Of a stretch of 20,000 nt of DNA, positions 7,725 through 16,310 are shown piece by piece. The DNA is taken from the IMG/VR virus record IMGVR_UViG_3300046002_006897; one strand, given 5' to 3'. This DNA is from an uncultured virus (IMG/VR IMGVR_UViG_3300046002_006897) (lineage: Duplodnaviria; Heunggongvirae; Uroviricota; Caudoviricetes). The notes under the pieces are model-generated. The model searched no databases. It was not told the origin of the DNA and worked only from the letters and a program-made list of their open reading frames with translations. How positions within the stretch are numbered: position 1 is the stretch's first letter; the number at the start of each line of letters is the position of its first letter. The position numbers were made by a program, and so were the translations under genes.

Positions 7725-8033
7725 ATGAAGAAAACGCCGTTTACGGACGATCAATTGAGGTATGCCGCCCGCTCCCGCTGTGAATGCGGAGCCGGGTTGG
7801 CGTATCCAAACAATCCCACAATGCGACAAATGAAAGAGTGGGAGAATGAAAACAGTCCATTTGCAATGTGGAGTTTTTGGGACTGTTCGGATATATTAAC
7901 GGGAAGAGCAATTCTAAAGGGACAAGAAGGATCAAAGATGCATACCGGTAGATTACCATTTGCATTTTATGAAATAAAGAGTGAAGACCAACTATCGGCT
8001 AATGGGACAACGACGCGACCAACGGGAAAGTAA
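7725..8033 (+). CDS. Hypothetical protein, possibly Zn-binding
   Basis: RCECGAGLAY...WDCS...H pattern. Confidence 0.7.
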   Translation: MKKTPFTDDQLRYAARSRCECGAGLAYPNNPTMRQMKEWENENSPFAMWSFWDCSDILTGRAILKGQEGSKMHTGRLPFAFYEIKSEDQLSANGTTTRPTGK

Positions 8034-8054
8034 AAAATACCAGAGTAATACTGC

Positions 8055-8083
8055 TTGACAAACAATCTAATGTATAGAATAAT
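8055..8083 (+). promoter_or_regulatory. Possible sigma70-like promoter for the glyco operon
   Basis: Intergenic TTGACA at 8055-8060. Candidate -10 elements are TAGAAT (14-nt spacer) or AATAAT (17-nt spacer). Confidence 0.45.
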
Positions 8084-8110
8084 AACAGAAACAAATTCGA
8101 ATATAAAACT

Positions 8111-9412
8111 ATGAGTAATGAAATAAAACCTGTATGCGTGATCCAAGGACCAGTGGCTTCTCGGAGTGGTTATGGCGACCACACTTTTTCTATTTGTGAC
8201 GCATTAATCAACAGTAACAAGTTTGATGTAAAGATCATTCCTATGCGTTGGGGCGCATGCCCTAACACAATGCTTGATGATGAAACTGTACCAATGGTAA
8301 AAGAAATCAAGAGAAGAATTATAAACAACTTGGCGACACAGCCAGAGTTATTTATTCAAGTATCTATTCCCAACGAGTTCAAACCAATTGGAAAGTATAA
8401 TATTGGCGTCACAGCTGGTATCGAAAGTACCGTACCAAAGGCCGAATGGATCGAGGGAATAAATCGCATGAATTTAACAGTGGTTCCTTCAAACTTCACG
8501 AAGTCTGTGTTCTTAGATACTATCTATAATAAGAGACACGACAATGGACAGGAAGAAAAAATATCGGTCACGCGACCGATTGAAGTGGCATTCGAGGGAG
8601 TAGATACCTCGATATATAAGAAAACCTCAGAACCATCTCCAGAAATAGATATTGCAATCAATGCTATTCCAGAAGATTTTTGTTATTTGTTCGTTGGACA
8701 CTGGATTCAAGGTGAGCTAGGAGCGGACCGCAAAGATATTGGTATGTTGGTAAAGGTATTTAGTGAAGTATTCAAGAACAAAAAGAATAAGCCAGCATTG
8801 GTGTTGAAGACCAGCGGAGCTACATTCTCCAAGATGGATAAGGCGGAAATATTAAAGAAAATTGACGACATTCGAAAGCCGTTGTCCGGAGATTTGCCCA
8901 ACATATATTTGATTCATGGTGAGTTGACTCCCGGAGAATTGAATCGTTTATACAATCATCCGAAGATTAAAAATCACGTGAGTTTCACTCACGGTGAAGG
9001 ATTCGGGCGTCCATTGTTGGAATCCACTTTAAGTGGAAAGCCGCTATTGACTACCAATTGGAGCGGACATGTGGATTTCTTGCCTCAAGACTTGGCAAAT
9101 CTACTGCCGGGGACTCTTGGAAATATACCGCCTAGCGCATGCAATGAATGGCTGATAAAAGAGGCAAGATGGTTCAATGTGAACTATAGCGTTGCGGCAC
9201 AAAAGTTGGAAGACATGTTCACTAATTATATTAACTATATTCCAAAGGCCGAGAAGCTGCGGCAACAAAACAGTGAAAAGTTTACACTTGAAGCAGGAAA
9301 CGAAGTGTTCATGAACATTTTGAACAAGAACTTGCCGACATTTGAAAAGAAAGTGGCAATTACTCTTCCAAAGTTCAAGAAAATTACACCAACAGCACCA
9401 GTCACAGGATGA
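8111..9412 (+). CDS. GT-B glycosyltransferase (GT4-like)
   Basis: Motifs SRSGYG, RKDIG and SFTHGEGFGRPLLESTLSGKPLLTTNWSGHVDF (EX7E). Confidence 0.92.
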   Translation: MSNEIKPVCVIQGPVASRSGYGDHTFSICDALINSNKFDVKIIPMRWGACPNTMLDDETVPMVKEIKRRIINNLATQPELFIQVSIPNEFKPIGKYNIGVTAGIESTVPKAEWIEGINRMNLTVVPSNFTKSVFLDTIYNKRHDNGQEEKISVTRPIEVAFEGVDTSIYKKTSEPSPEIDIAINAIPEDFCYLFVGHWIQGELGADRKDIGMLVKVFSEVFKNKKNKPALVLKTSGATFSKMDKAEILKKIDDIRKPLSGDLPNIYLIHGELTPGELNRLYNHPKIKNHVSFTHGEGFGRPLLESTLSGKPLLTTNWSGHVDFLPQDLANLLPGTLGNIPPSACNEWLIKEARWFNVNYSVAAQKLEDMFTNYINYIPKAEKLRQQNSEKFTLEAGNEVFMNILNKNLPTFEKKVAITLPKFKKITPTAPVTG

Positions 9413-10092
9413 AAATCAGTTATTTAGTGACTGTTCACAACGAGACACTTGAGCTTCTTCAACTGATTGAGAAGCTCAAGACTCATATCGACTTTGTTAC
9501 TCCAAACGATGAAGTTGTTATATTGGACGATTTCTCCGACAATCCAGACACCATAAAAATTTTGGATAAAGCAAAAAGTTATGGGTTCGCCGTGGTTCAA
9601 CATGCACTAAACAAAAACTTTGCAGATCACAAGAACTATGGTAGTAAGCGTTGCGTGGGTGATTATATTGTACAATGTGACGCAGACGAATATTTGTATC
9701 CGGTACTATTAAATAATATGCACGAGTTGATAGAGTCGAATCCAACGGTTGAATTGTATAGAGTTCCAAGAGTCAATATTGTACGAGGTGCCACAGACGA
9801 TGATGCCAGAAACTGGGGATGGCACATGATGAGACTGCCAGAGTTTGGTGACTTACCTATTATAAATTGGGGCAATGGAGGAGACTATCAATCTCGCATT
9901 TATAAAAATAGTTTAAAGATACAATGGCAAAAATCATTACACGAAACAATTGTGGGAGCATCTATTGTGGCACATCTTCCAAAAGATGTGGAATGGTCAA
10001 TAATACACGATAAAACGATTGACAGGCAGAGAGCACAAAACGAATTTTACAACAAAAATTGGTCAATAAAGGCCAATATGGGACAAGGATAA
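9409..10092 (+). CDS. GT-A glycosyltransferase family 2 (KdtX/beta-1,4-glucosyltransferase-like)
   Basis: Motifs ISYLVTVHNE, VILDDFS, FADHKN, QCDADE (DxD), DYQSRIY and LHE. Confidence 0.9.
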   Translation: MKISYLVTVHNETLELLQLIEKLKTHIDFVTPNDEVVILDDFSDNPDTIKILDKAKSYGFAVVQHALNKNFADHKNYGSKRCVGDYIVQCDADEYLYPVLLNNMHELIESNPTVELYRVPRVNIVRGATDDDARNWGWHMMRLPEFGDLPIINWGNGGDYQSRIYKNSLKIQWQKSLHETIVGASIVAHLPKDVEWSIIHDKTIDRQRAQNEFYNKNWSIKANMGQG

Positions 10093-10096
10093 ACTT

Positions 10097-10669
10097 ATGG
10101 CACATCACTTCTTAGACATTGGCGCAAACAGTGGAAACACTTTCGGGTTATTTTTAAATAATAACCCTAAATATCATGGAAGCACCGTATGGTGTTTTGA
10201 ACCATCTCCTCAGCACTTTAATGCATTACTGATGAACGCGAGGATTGCTTCTAATCTATATCAAGTAATAGTATGTCCGTTTGGCGTGGGCGGCAAGACA
10301 GAATTGCTTCCATTCTATGAAATGGTGAATAATACGGTATCGGATTCATTGTTCAAGGATGTTGGTGGAACTATTGACCCAAATCCAAGATATCAAATAT
10401 TGGCATCTGTCGTATCTATATCGGATTTCATATCTAAATTTATACCAGAAGGAGATACGATTACAATGAAAGTGGATTGTGAAGGAGCGGAGTATGACAT
10501 ATATGAATCGCTTATACAAAATCCACATCTACTCAATAAAATTGAATGTATTTACAATGAGTGGCATCCGGGATGGGACGGTATGGATAATTCTAGAAAG
10601 CAGAGGATTCTGTCCATCGTTACACGGCTGGCGGAGCACGGTAAAGTGTTAAAAGATTGGGCATTTTAA
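10097..10669 (+). CDS. FkbM-family SAM methyltransferase
   Basis: Motifs FLDIGANSG, CFEPSP, MKVDCEGAEYDI and EWH. Confidence 0.9.
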   Translation: MAHHFLDIGANSGNTFGLFLNNNPKYHGSTVWCFEPSPQHFNALLMNARIASNLYQVIVCPFGVGGKTELLPFYEMVNNTVSDSLFKDVGGTIDPNPRYQILASVVSISDFISKFIPEGDTITMKVDCEGAEYDIYESLIQNPHLLNKIECIYNEWHPGWDGMDNSRKQRILSIVTRLAEHGKVLKDWAF

Positions 10670-10672
10670 TTT

Positions 10673-11317
10673 ATGATATACAACGAAAAAATAACAAAAA
10701 TAGAGAGAAAATTCCCACTCGATTACATCAAAAATCTTAGGGATAAAACCCCAAACTTTACGTTGATTGATGTTGGAATATGTGCCAATGCATGGACTAG
10801 AGAATATGCCACGCACGGAGTTGACATCCAAAAATATGATATAAATATTAAACAATTTACAGGAAATATATCAGACTTCACCGTTTGGGATGAAATATTG
10901 GATTATGTTAAAGAACATGGAAAATTTGATTTTTTGACATGCACTCACACTCTTGAAGATATATCTTCTGCGGTTATGGTATGTAACATGTTTTCTAGAA
11001 TAGCCAAGGAAGGATTCATAGCAGTTCCAAGTAAGTTCTGGGAACTCAATAGGCACGAAGGACACTGGCGAGGATTCATTCACCATCGTTGGGTATACGA
11101 GGTAAAAGATGGAAAATTTAAAGGTTATCCTAAGCAATCTTTCTTGGAAAATTCTGACTATATAGAATCGTGGACAAAAAGTAATCCGGCACGACCTGAA
11201 AATCTAGAATTGCAGTTCTTCTGGAAAGACGAAGTCAAGCTTGATGTCGTAAATCAAGATTTGCTCGGTCCGTCGATTGACCATGTAATTCAATATTATA
11301 GAGAATTGGTAAAATGA
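10673..11317 (+). CDS. Class I SAM methyltransferase-like protein
   Basis: Motifs LIDVG, KFDFLTCTHTLEDI, RIAKEGFIAVPS and HHRW. Confidence 0.75.
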   Translation: MIYNEKITKIERKFPLDYIKNLRDKTPNFTLIDVGICANAWTREYATHGVDIQKYDINIKQFTGNISDFTVWDEILDYVKEHGKFDFLTCTHTLEDISSAVMVCNMFSRIAKEGFIAVPSKFWELNRHEGHWRGFIHHRWVYEVKDGKFKGYPKQSFLENSDYIESWTKSNPARPENLELQFFWKDEVKLDVVNQDLLGPSIDHVIQYYRELVK

Positions 11318-12255
11318 AGATAGGTCTGCACGCAAACCAACTCGACCACAGGGGAAATAGCACGGTTATTTATGATTATGCAAGCGCATTGAAGAATTAT
11401 TTTGGATATGATGTTCATATTATAACATCGAAACCGAAGTCCACTCATCCTATGGATAAGTTCTCAAAGTTTGGATATTCAATGTACGAAAATGTATCGG
11501 AACTAGAGTGTCTGGTAGACAAGGAAAAAATAGATGTATTATATATGACAAAGGCCGGAAACATTGATAAAATATGTCCGACCAACTGTAAAACTGCGAT
11601 ACATTGTGTGTTTGACATGAGAGAGCCTCATGGTTCCGTGTATGCGGGAGTAAGTGAATGGCTGGCACAATATTATAAAAAAGAACTATGGGTTCCTCAT
11701 ATAATTGATATAAAAAAGACTAATAGCACATTGCACCACGAACTTGGTATTCCAAAAACCGCGTTTATTGTTGGAAGATTAGGCGGCTACGAGCAATTTG
11801 ATCTACCATTCGTGCATTCTGCTATAAAGTCAGCTTTGAATGCTCGCCAAGACCTTTATACAGTGTTTCTTAACACCAAACCATTCATCGACCACCCAAG
11901 AGCCAAATTCATCCCATTTCAACCAGAATTGGAATTTAAAGGTAATTTTATCAGCACTTGCGATGCCATGATTCATGGTAGGTCCGACGGTGAGACATTT
12001 GGGTTGGCGGTGGCAGAATTCTCTTCGATGAATAAACCGATTTTGACTTATGATGCTCCGTATTGGTGGTATATGCGCAGCCATTTACATATTTTGGGAG
12101 AAAAAGCAATAACATATAAAAACGAGGAAGAATTACTTTCATACTTATTACAGATTGACAAAGAGTATGTAAGAGATATAGACTGGGATTGTTACTCAAC
12201 CAGATTCTCTCCTGCGAATGTAATAGAGAGATTTAATACTATATTTATCAAATGA
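11314..12255 (+). CDS. GT-B glycosyltransferase (GT4-like)
   Basis: Motifs RGNSTVIYDYA, GRLGGYEQF and CDAMIHGRSDGETFGLAVAEF...KPILT (EX7E). Confidence 0.85.
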   Translation: MKIGLHANQLDHRGNSTVIYDYASALKNYFGYDVHIITSKPKSTHPMDKFSKFGYSMYENVSELECLVDKEKIDVLYMTKAGNIDKICPTNCKTAIHCVFDMREPHGSVYAGVSEWLAQYYKKELWVPHIIDIKKTNSTLHHELGIPKTAFIVGRLGGYEQFDLPFVHSAIKSALNARQDLYTVFLNTKPFIDHPRAKFIPFQPELEFKGNFISTCDAMIHGRSDGETFGLAVAEFSSMNKPILTYDAPYWWYMRSHLHILGEKAITYKNEEELLSYLLQIDKEYVRDIDWDCYSTRFSPANVIERFNTIFIK

Positions 12256-12821
12256 TATTAGCAAAACAATTTTTATCGAGCCTTCCAATGAAGAGTTCGC
12301 ATATCGACAAACATCTATCCGAAATGGCGATGTATTATTCCAGCGCAATTGGAATGGAGCATTATAGATTATTGACCGCGTTGAGTATGATGAATAGAAA
12401 CTCTATTATATTGGATATAGGTACATACAAAGGAGCATCGGCACTTGCGCTGAGTACAAATCCAACCAACAAAGTTATATCATACAATATAGTTAACCAA
12501 CTCGATGTTGACTTTTCCGATATTCCAAATATAGAATTTAAGATTAAGGACATATACACGGAATCCAAGGAGTTGATTTTATCGTCGAATTTTATTTTAT
12601 ATGACATTTCACCACATAATGGAAAAGACGAACTCCGCTTCTACGAATTCGTGAAGGGCTTGGGATATACCGGAACAATTATATTTGATGATATTCATTT
12701 GAATGGTGGAATGAAAGAATTTTGGACAAAAGTCGATTCAAATAAATCCGACTTTACGTGTGTTGGGCATGGGTCTGGCACCGGCGTAGTGTTTTTTGGG
12801 GAGGAAATTATAATACAATGA
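12252..12821 (+). CDS. Class I SAM O-methyltransferase (Methyltransf_24-like)
   Basis: Motifs ILDIGTYKGASALAL, IIFDDIH and GHGSGTG. Confidence 0.8.
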   Translation: MILAKQFLSSLPMKSSHIDKHLSEMAMYYSSAIGMEHYRLLTALSMMNRNSIILDIGTYKGASALALSTNPTNKVISYNIVNQLDVDFSDIPNIEFKIKDIYTESKELILSSNFILYDISPHNGKDELRFYEFVKGLGYTGTIIFDDIHLNGGMKEFWTKVDSNKSDFTCVGHGSGTGVVFFGEEIIIQ

Positions 12822-13366
12822 TTGTTGGTAAATACACATATGGTACAGAATTTATTGATGCTAGGGATTACGGGTCCAACTCTCAGTTAATTATTGGTGG
12901 TTTTTGTAGTATAGCACATAATATTACTATATTTCTTGGGGGAAATCATAGAAGCGATTTATTTTCGACATACAAGTTTGGATTGGATGGGCAAAATAAT
13001 ATTTTTAATAAATTTGGACCCGAGGGCTCGGACGGAAAAGGAGTGTTGACTTCGAATGGTGATGTTATTATTGGAAACGACGTTTGGATTGGATTTGGTT
13101 CTACAATTATGTCTGGTGTGACTATTGGAGATGGTGCGATAATAGCTGCAAAATCGGTTGTAACAAAAAATGTAGAACCGTATACAATCGTAGGAGGAAA
13201 TCCAGCCAAGCTTATTAAAAAAAGATTTTCTGATGAATCTATAGAAAAACTTTTAAAAATAAAGTGGTGGGACTGGCCAGATGCTAAAATAAGCAATAAC
13301 ATGAGAGAAATATGTTCTAATAATGTAGAAAATTTAGATAAGCTTTTATTGGAATCAACTATATGA
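12818..13366 (+). CDS. Hexapeptide-repeat (LbH, XAT/CatB-related) O-acetyltransferase
   Basis: Motifs VGKYTYG, IGGFCSIA, GGNH, IGNDVWIG, GVTIGDGAIIAAKSVVTK, GGNPAKLIKKRF and WWDW. Start at ATG 12818 from the ATGA overlap. Confidence 0.92.
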   Translation: MIVGKYTYGTEFIDARDYGSNSQLIIGGFCSIAHNITIFLGGNHRSDLFSTYKFGLDGQNNIFNKFGPEGSDGKGVLTSNGDVIIGNDVWIGFGSTIMSGVTIGDGAIIAAKSVVTKNVEPYTIVGGNPAKLIKKRFSDESIEKLLKIKWWDWPDAKISNNMREICSNNVENLDKLLLESTI

Positions 13367-13980
13367 ATTATTTTATACATTTACTTGGGCGTCTTAAGTC
13401 CAGAGGAAACTACCCGAAGGTATTGTTTGACGTTGGTGCCCATTTTGGGGAAACCAACGAGATGATGCGGTCGGCATTCCCCGACAGCAGAATTATATCA
13501 TTTGAGGCGAATCCAAATTGCATCCCAATCCTAGAGTCAAGGGGAATTGAATTCGTGCCGTGTCTATTAGGACGAGAGAACGTGGAAAGTGTAAAATTTT
13601 ACACAAACCCGGATGACCCGGTGTCTACGGGATGTTCTATATTTAAAGAGAATACCGTTCACTTTTCTAATGCCAAAGTAATAGAACTCCCAATGTATCG
13701 ACTGGATTATATAGTTCCGCCCGAAATAGTGCCAGAGTTTTTGAAAATGGACGTACAAGGGGCGGAACTGTCTGTGCTGGATGGGGCGGAAAAACTTTTG
13801 CCGTCTATTCGTTGGATTTACTTGGAAGTGTCATTCGTGAGTTGTAACGACGGGGCTCCAATGTTCAAGGAAGTCGCCGACCACCTATACGCCCGTGGCT
13901 ATAGCATAACTGATATGTGCGATTCAACGTACATAGACAATCAATTGGTGCAGTCTAATTTCCTATTTGAAAGAAAATGA
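13363..13980 (+). CDS. FkbM-family SAM methyltransferase
   Basis: Motifs LFDVGAHFG, SFEANP, FLKMDVQGAELSVLDGA and LEVS. Confidence 0.92.
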   Translation: MNYFIHLLGRLKSRGNYPKVLFDVGAHFGETNEMMRSAFPDSRIISFEANPNCIPILESRGIEFVPCLLGRENVESVKFYTNPDDPVSTGCSIFKENTVHFSNAKVIELPMYRLDYIVPPEIVPEFLKMDVQGAELSVLDGAEKLLPSIRWIYLEVSFVSCNDGAPMFKEVADHLYARGYSITDMCDSTYIDNQLVQSNFLFERK

Positions 13981-14852
13981 AGGTTTTATTTATATCCAAA
14001 GGCGATTTGCCGGACTACCAGTCGGACACTATTATTCACGGGGGGAGAAGTGTATTGGGAGAAAATTTTGTTGATGCCAATTTTCCTTGGTACATGTATA
14101 AGAAAGAAAAGGTTAAGTTCTGGAATACACGCGTGCCGGATGGTGGCAATAGTTATGGTAGAGGATTCACTCTACATGGTACCCTAGACGACATAAAAAT
14201 AGACCGAGAGGATATCCGAGATAAAATATCAGCCAGATTCTTTGATTACATAATATATGGGTCAATTACTCGGTGTGACGATTATGTAAACGAGGTGATA
14301 GCGCACTATCCCAAAGAAAAGATATTCATAGTTGATGGCGAGGATGGTCAGCAAATAAGACATCAAAATCCAAATACCGTAACTCTGTTCAAGCGTGAAC
14401 TGGACGTTGGTGGATATTGGGTCAGACCGATAAGTTTCGGTGCCCCGAAAGAGAAGATTGTGAATTCTGTTCCCATCAAGACACAAGAATGGGGGAGTGT
14501 GATTCCCGGAAAAATTGAGACATATACTTTTACCGAAGAATCTTCTTATTATGCAGATTATCAAAAGTCGTATTTTGCATTGACTCATAAAAAGGGTGGG
14601 TGGGATTGTATGCGACATTATGAAATATTAATGAACGGATGTGTTCCATACTTCCCAGATATCGACGGTTGCCCAGCAAGAACACTCGCGGACTTTCCAA
14701 AGGATTTGTGCCGCGAGGCGAACCTTATGGTAAAATCTGGGGAATTGTCGGACGATTTATACTATACATTAGCTGATAAATTTTTAAAATATACGAAAGA
14801 AAGATTGACAACCGACGCAGTTTTCTCTAATATGTTAAGTATATTAAAATGA
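13977..14852 (+). CDS. Putative glycosyltransferase (exostosin/GT47-like or Glyco_trans_1_2-like C-terminus)
   Basis: Motifs VDGED, FKRE and YYADYQKSYFALTHKKGGWDCMRHYEILMNGCVPYF. Confidence 0.65.
   Translation: MKVLFISKGDLPDYQSDTIIHGGRSVLGENFVDANFPWYMYKKEKVKFWNTRVPDGGNSYGRGFTLHGTLDDIKIDREDIRDKISARFFDYIIYGSITRCDDYVNEVIAHYPKEKIFIVDGEDGQQIRHQNPNTVTLFKRELDVGGYWVRPISFGAPKEKIVNSVPIKTQEWGSVIPGKIETYTFTEESSYYADYQKSYFALTHKKGGWDCMRHYEILMNGCVPYFPDIDGCPARTLADFPKDLCREANLMVKSGELSDDLYYTLADKFLKYTKERLTTDAVFSNMLSILK
14805..14833 (+). promoter_or_regulatory. Possible internal promoter TTGACA-N17-TAATAT
   Basis: Lies inside the 3' end of the preceding gene, 15 nt before ATG 14849. Confidence 0.3.
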
Positions 14853-15649
14853 ATAAAATAGTATTGTATTGTAAATCATACAGGGGGGATGTGAATCGAA
14901 TCAAAGTTCTGTTTGAAAGTATTCAAAAATATAATAGAGATAATATACCTTTCTATATCTCATGTCCAAACAATGACATTGGCATTTTCAAACAAGCGTT
15001 GGGTTCTTCCGGGTACACCATAATATCGGACGAGAGTATATGCGGACAATCCGGAGTAGAAGATTGGACAAGTCAACAAATTGTGAAAAGTTCGCTCTGG
15101 AAAATAGACGTGTGTGAAAATTACTTAGTGTTAGACAGCGATAGTTATTTCATACGCCCGTTCTATGTAAAAGATTTCATTGCTCCGAATGGAGAACCCT
15201 ACGTTGTAATGCACGAGCAAAAAGAATTGTTCAATTGGACCTGCAACAAGGCCCACTTATTAGGATTTGACCCGTCAATAAGCTTTGGGGAATGTAGACA
15301 AAAAGTCATGGATGTGTTCGGGAGAGTTGGGAGATATTATGATTTTGGTCCCAGTCCGGTTATATGGAACTGTAACATTTGGAAACAATTTAAAGACAAT
15401 TACCTCGTCCCAAATAAATTAACAATGAGTGATGTTATAAGAATTGTACCGAGCGAATTTTCTTGGTATGGCGAATGGTTGATGACATACGAGAAGCACA
15501 TGCTGCCAATTGAACCACTGTTCAAAGTGTTTCATTATGGAGCACAATACCACGAACTAAAGTATCAGGGATACACCGAACAAAATCTTTCGACTATTTA
15601 CATGGGAATTGTCATGCAAAGCAATGCTTCAATCCCGCTAAAATATTAA
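14849..15649 (+). CDS. GT-A-like protein (DUF6492-like putative glycosyltransferase)
   Basis: Motifs LFESIQKYN, WTSQQIVK, YLVLDSDSYFIRP (DxD) and SEFSWYG. Confidence 0.7.
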   Translation: MNKIVLYCKSYRGDVNRIKVLFESIQKYNRDNIPFYISCPNNDIGIFKQALGSSGYTIISDESICGQSGVEDWTSQQIVKSSLWKIDVCENYLVLDSDSYFIRPFYVKDFIAPNGEPYVVMHEQKELFNWTCNKAHLLGFDPSISFGECRQKVMDVFGRVGRYYDFGPSPVIWNCNIWKQFKDNYLVPNKLTMSDVIRIVPSEFSWYGEWLMTYEKHMLPIEPLFKVFHYGAQYHELKYQGYTEQNLSTIYMGIVMQSNASIPLKY

Positions 15650-15652
15650 ACT

Positions 15653-16243
15653 ATGGAAACACTTCAACAAATATATGATAAGTTAATAAAAGAATACCCA
15701 ACTCGACTCACGGATAAGGGTGCTGGTGCGTATGGACCAATTGAAGGTGGGCCGGGGCACACTTATGCCCAATTCTACGACATACTATTCGGTAAATTTA
15801 GAGACAAGCCGATAAATATCCTCGAAATAGGCGTAAATAGAGGCGGCAGTTTGATGATGTGGCGTAGATTCTTCAATAATCCAGAAACTCGCGTATATGG
15901 AATTGATATTGTTAAGTCATTTGACGACTTTCCACCGGAAGAGAACATAAACGCGTATGTGTTCGACGCCGGAAGTCCGGGATTGTTTCAACAACATCTA
16001 CAAGACACAAAATTTGACATTATTATAGACGATGGAGCACACGAAAAAGAGTCTCAAGTCAAGATATACAATCTGTTGAAAAATAGAGTGAAGTCGGATG
16101 GATTATATGTCATCGAAGATATCTTTGAGGTACACAATAACATAGAATATTTCTTGGAGAGAGTGACGCCGGTGCCAACTGTGATAGATAGACGTTGGAT
16201 AAATGAGCAATTGGACGATGTTATGTTAGTATTCAGGTTTTGA
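15653..16243 (+). CDS. Class I SAM methyltransferase (sugar O-methyltransferase-like, MycE/TylE-type motifs)
   Basis: Motifs TDKG...HTYAQFY, ILEIGVNRGGSL...W, YGIDI, FDIIIDDGAH and GLYVIED. Confidence 0.88.
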   Translation: METLQQIYDKLIKEYPTRLTDKGAGAYGPIEGGPGHTYAQFYDILFGKFRDKPINILEIGVNRGGSLMMWRRFFNNPETRVYGIDIVKSFDDFPPEENINAYVFDAGSPGLFQQHLQDTKFDIIIDDGAHEKESQVKIYNLLKNRVKSDGLYVIEDIFEVHNNIEYFLERVTPVPTVIDRRWINEQLDDVMLVFRF

Positions 16244-16254
16244 TATCGGCAAAT

Positions 16255-16291
16255 ATCCGTGGACATTGGTATTGACATCTGTGGACATTGG
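16255..16291. repeat. Direct repeat ATCYGTGGACATTGG x2 (22-bp period) flanking the -35 box
   Basis: Copies at 16255-16269 and 16277-16291 match at 14 of 15 positions. Confidence 0.8.
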
Positions 16292-16299
16292 CGTATGAT
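16272..16299 (+). promoter_or_regulatory. Sigma70-like promoter TTGACA-N16-TATGAT
   Basis: -35 at 16272-16277, -10 at 16294-16299, ATG at 16311. Confidence 0.75.
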
Positions 16300-16310
16300 T
16301 TGTTCACATT

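Noticed and set aside
8034..8054. Intrinsic terminator after the small ORFs
   Set aside because: Only a weak short stem with no U-tract. No convincing terminator was seen in the window.
12758..12817. Track start of the acetyltransferase at 12758 (likewise 694, 2155, 3799 and 4667 for other genes)
   Set aside because: These are non-ATG or overlapping extensions. Downstream ATGs fit the ATGA overlaps or the promoter positions.
12818..13366. Antibiotic resistance gene (catB/vat)
   Set aside because: The XAT hexapeptide fold is shared with sugar O-acetyltransferases, and the gene is coupled inside a glyco operon. Nothing supports a resistance call.
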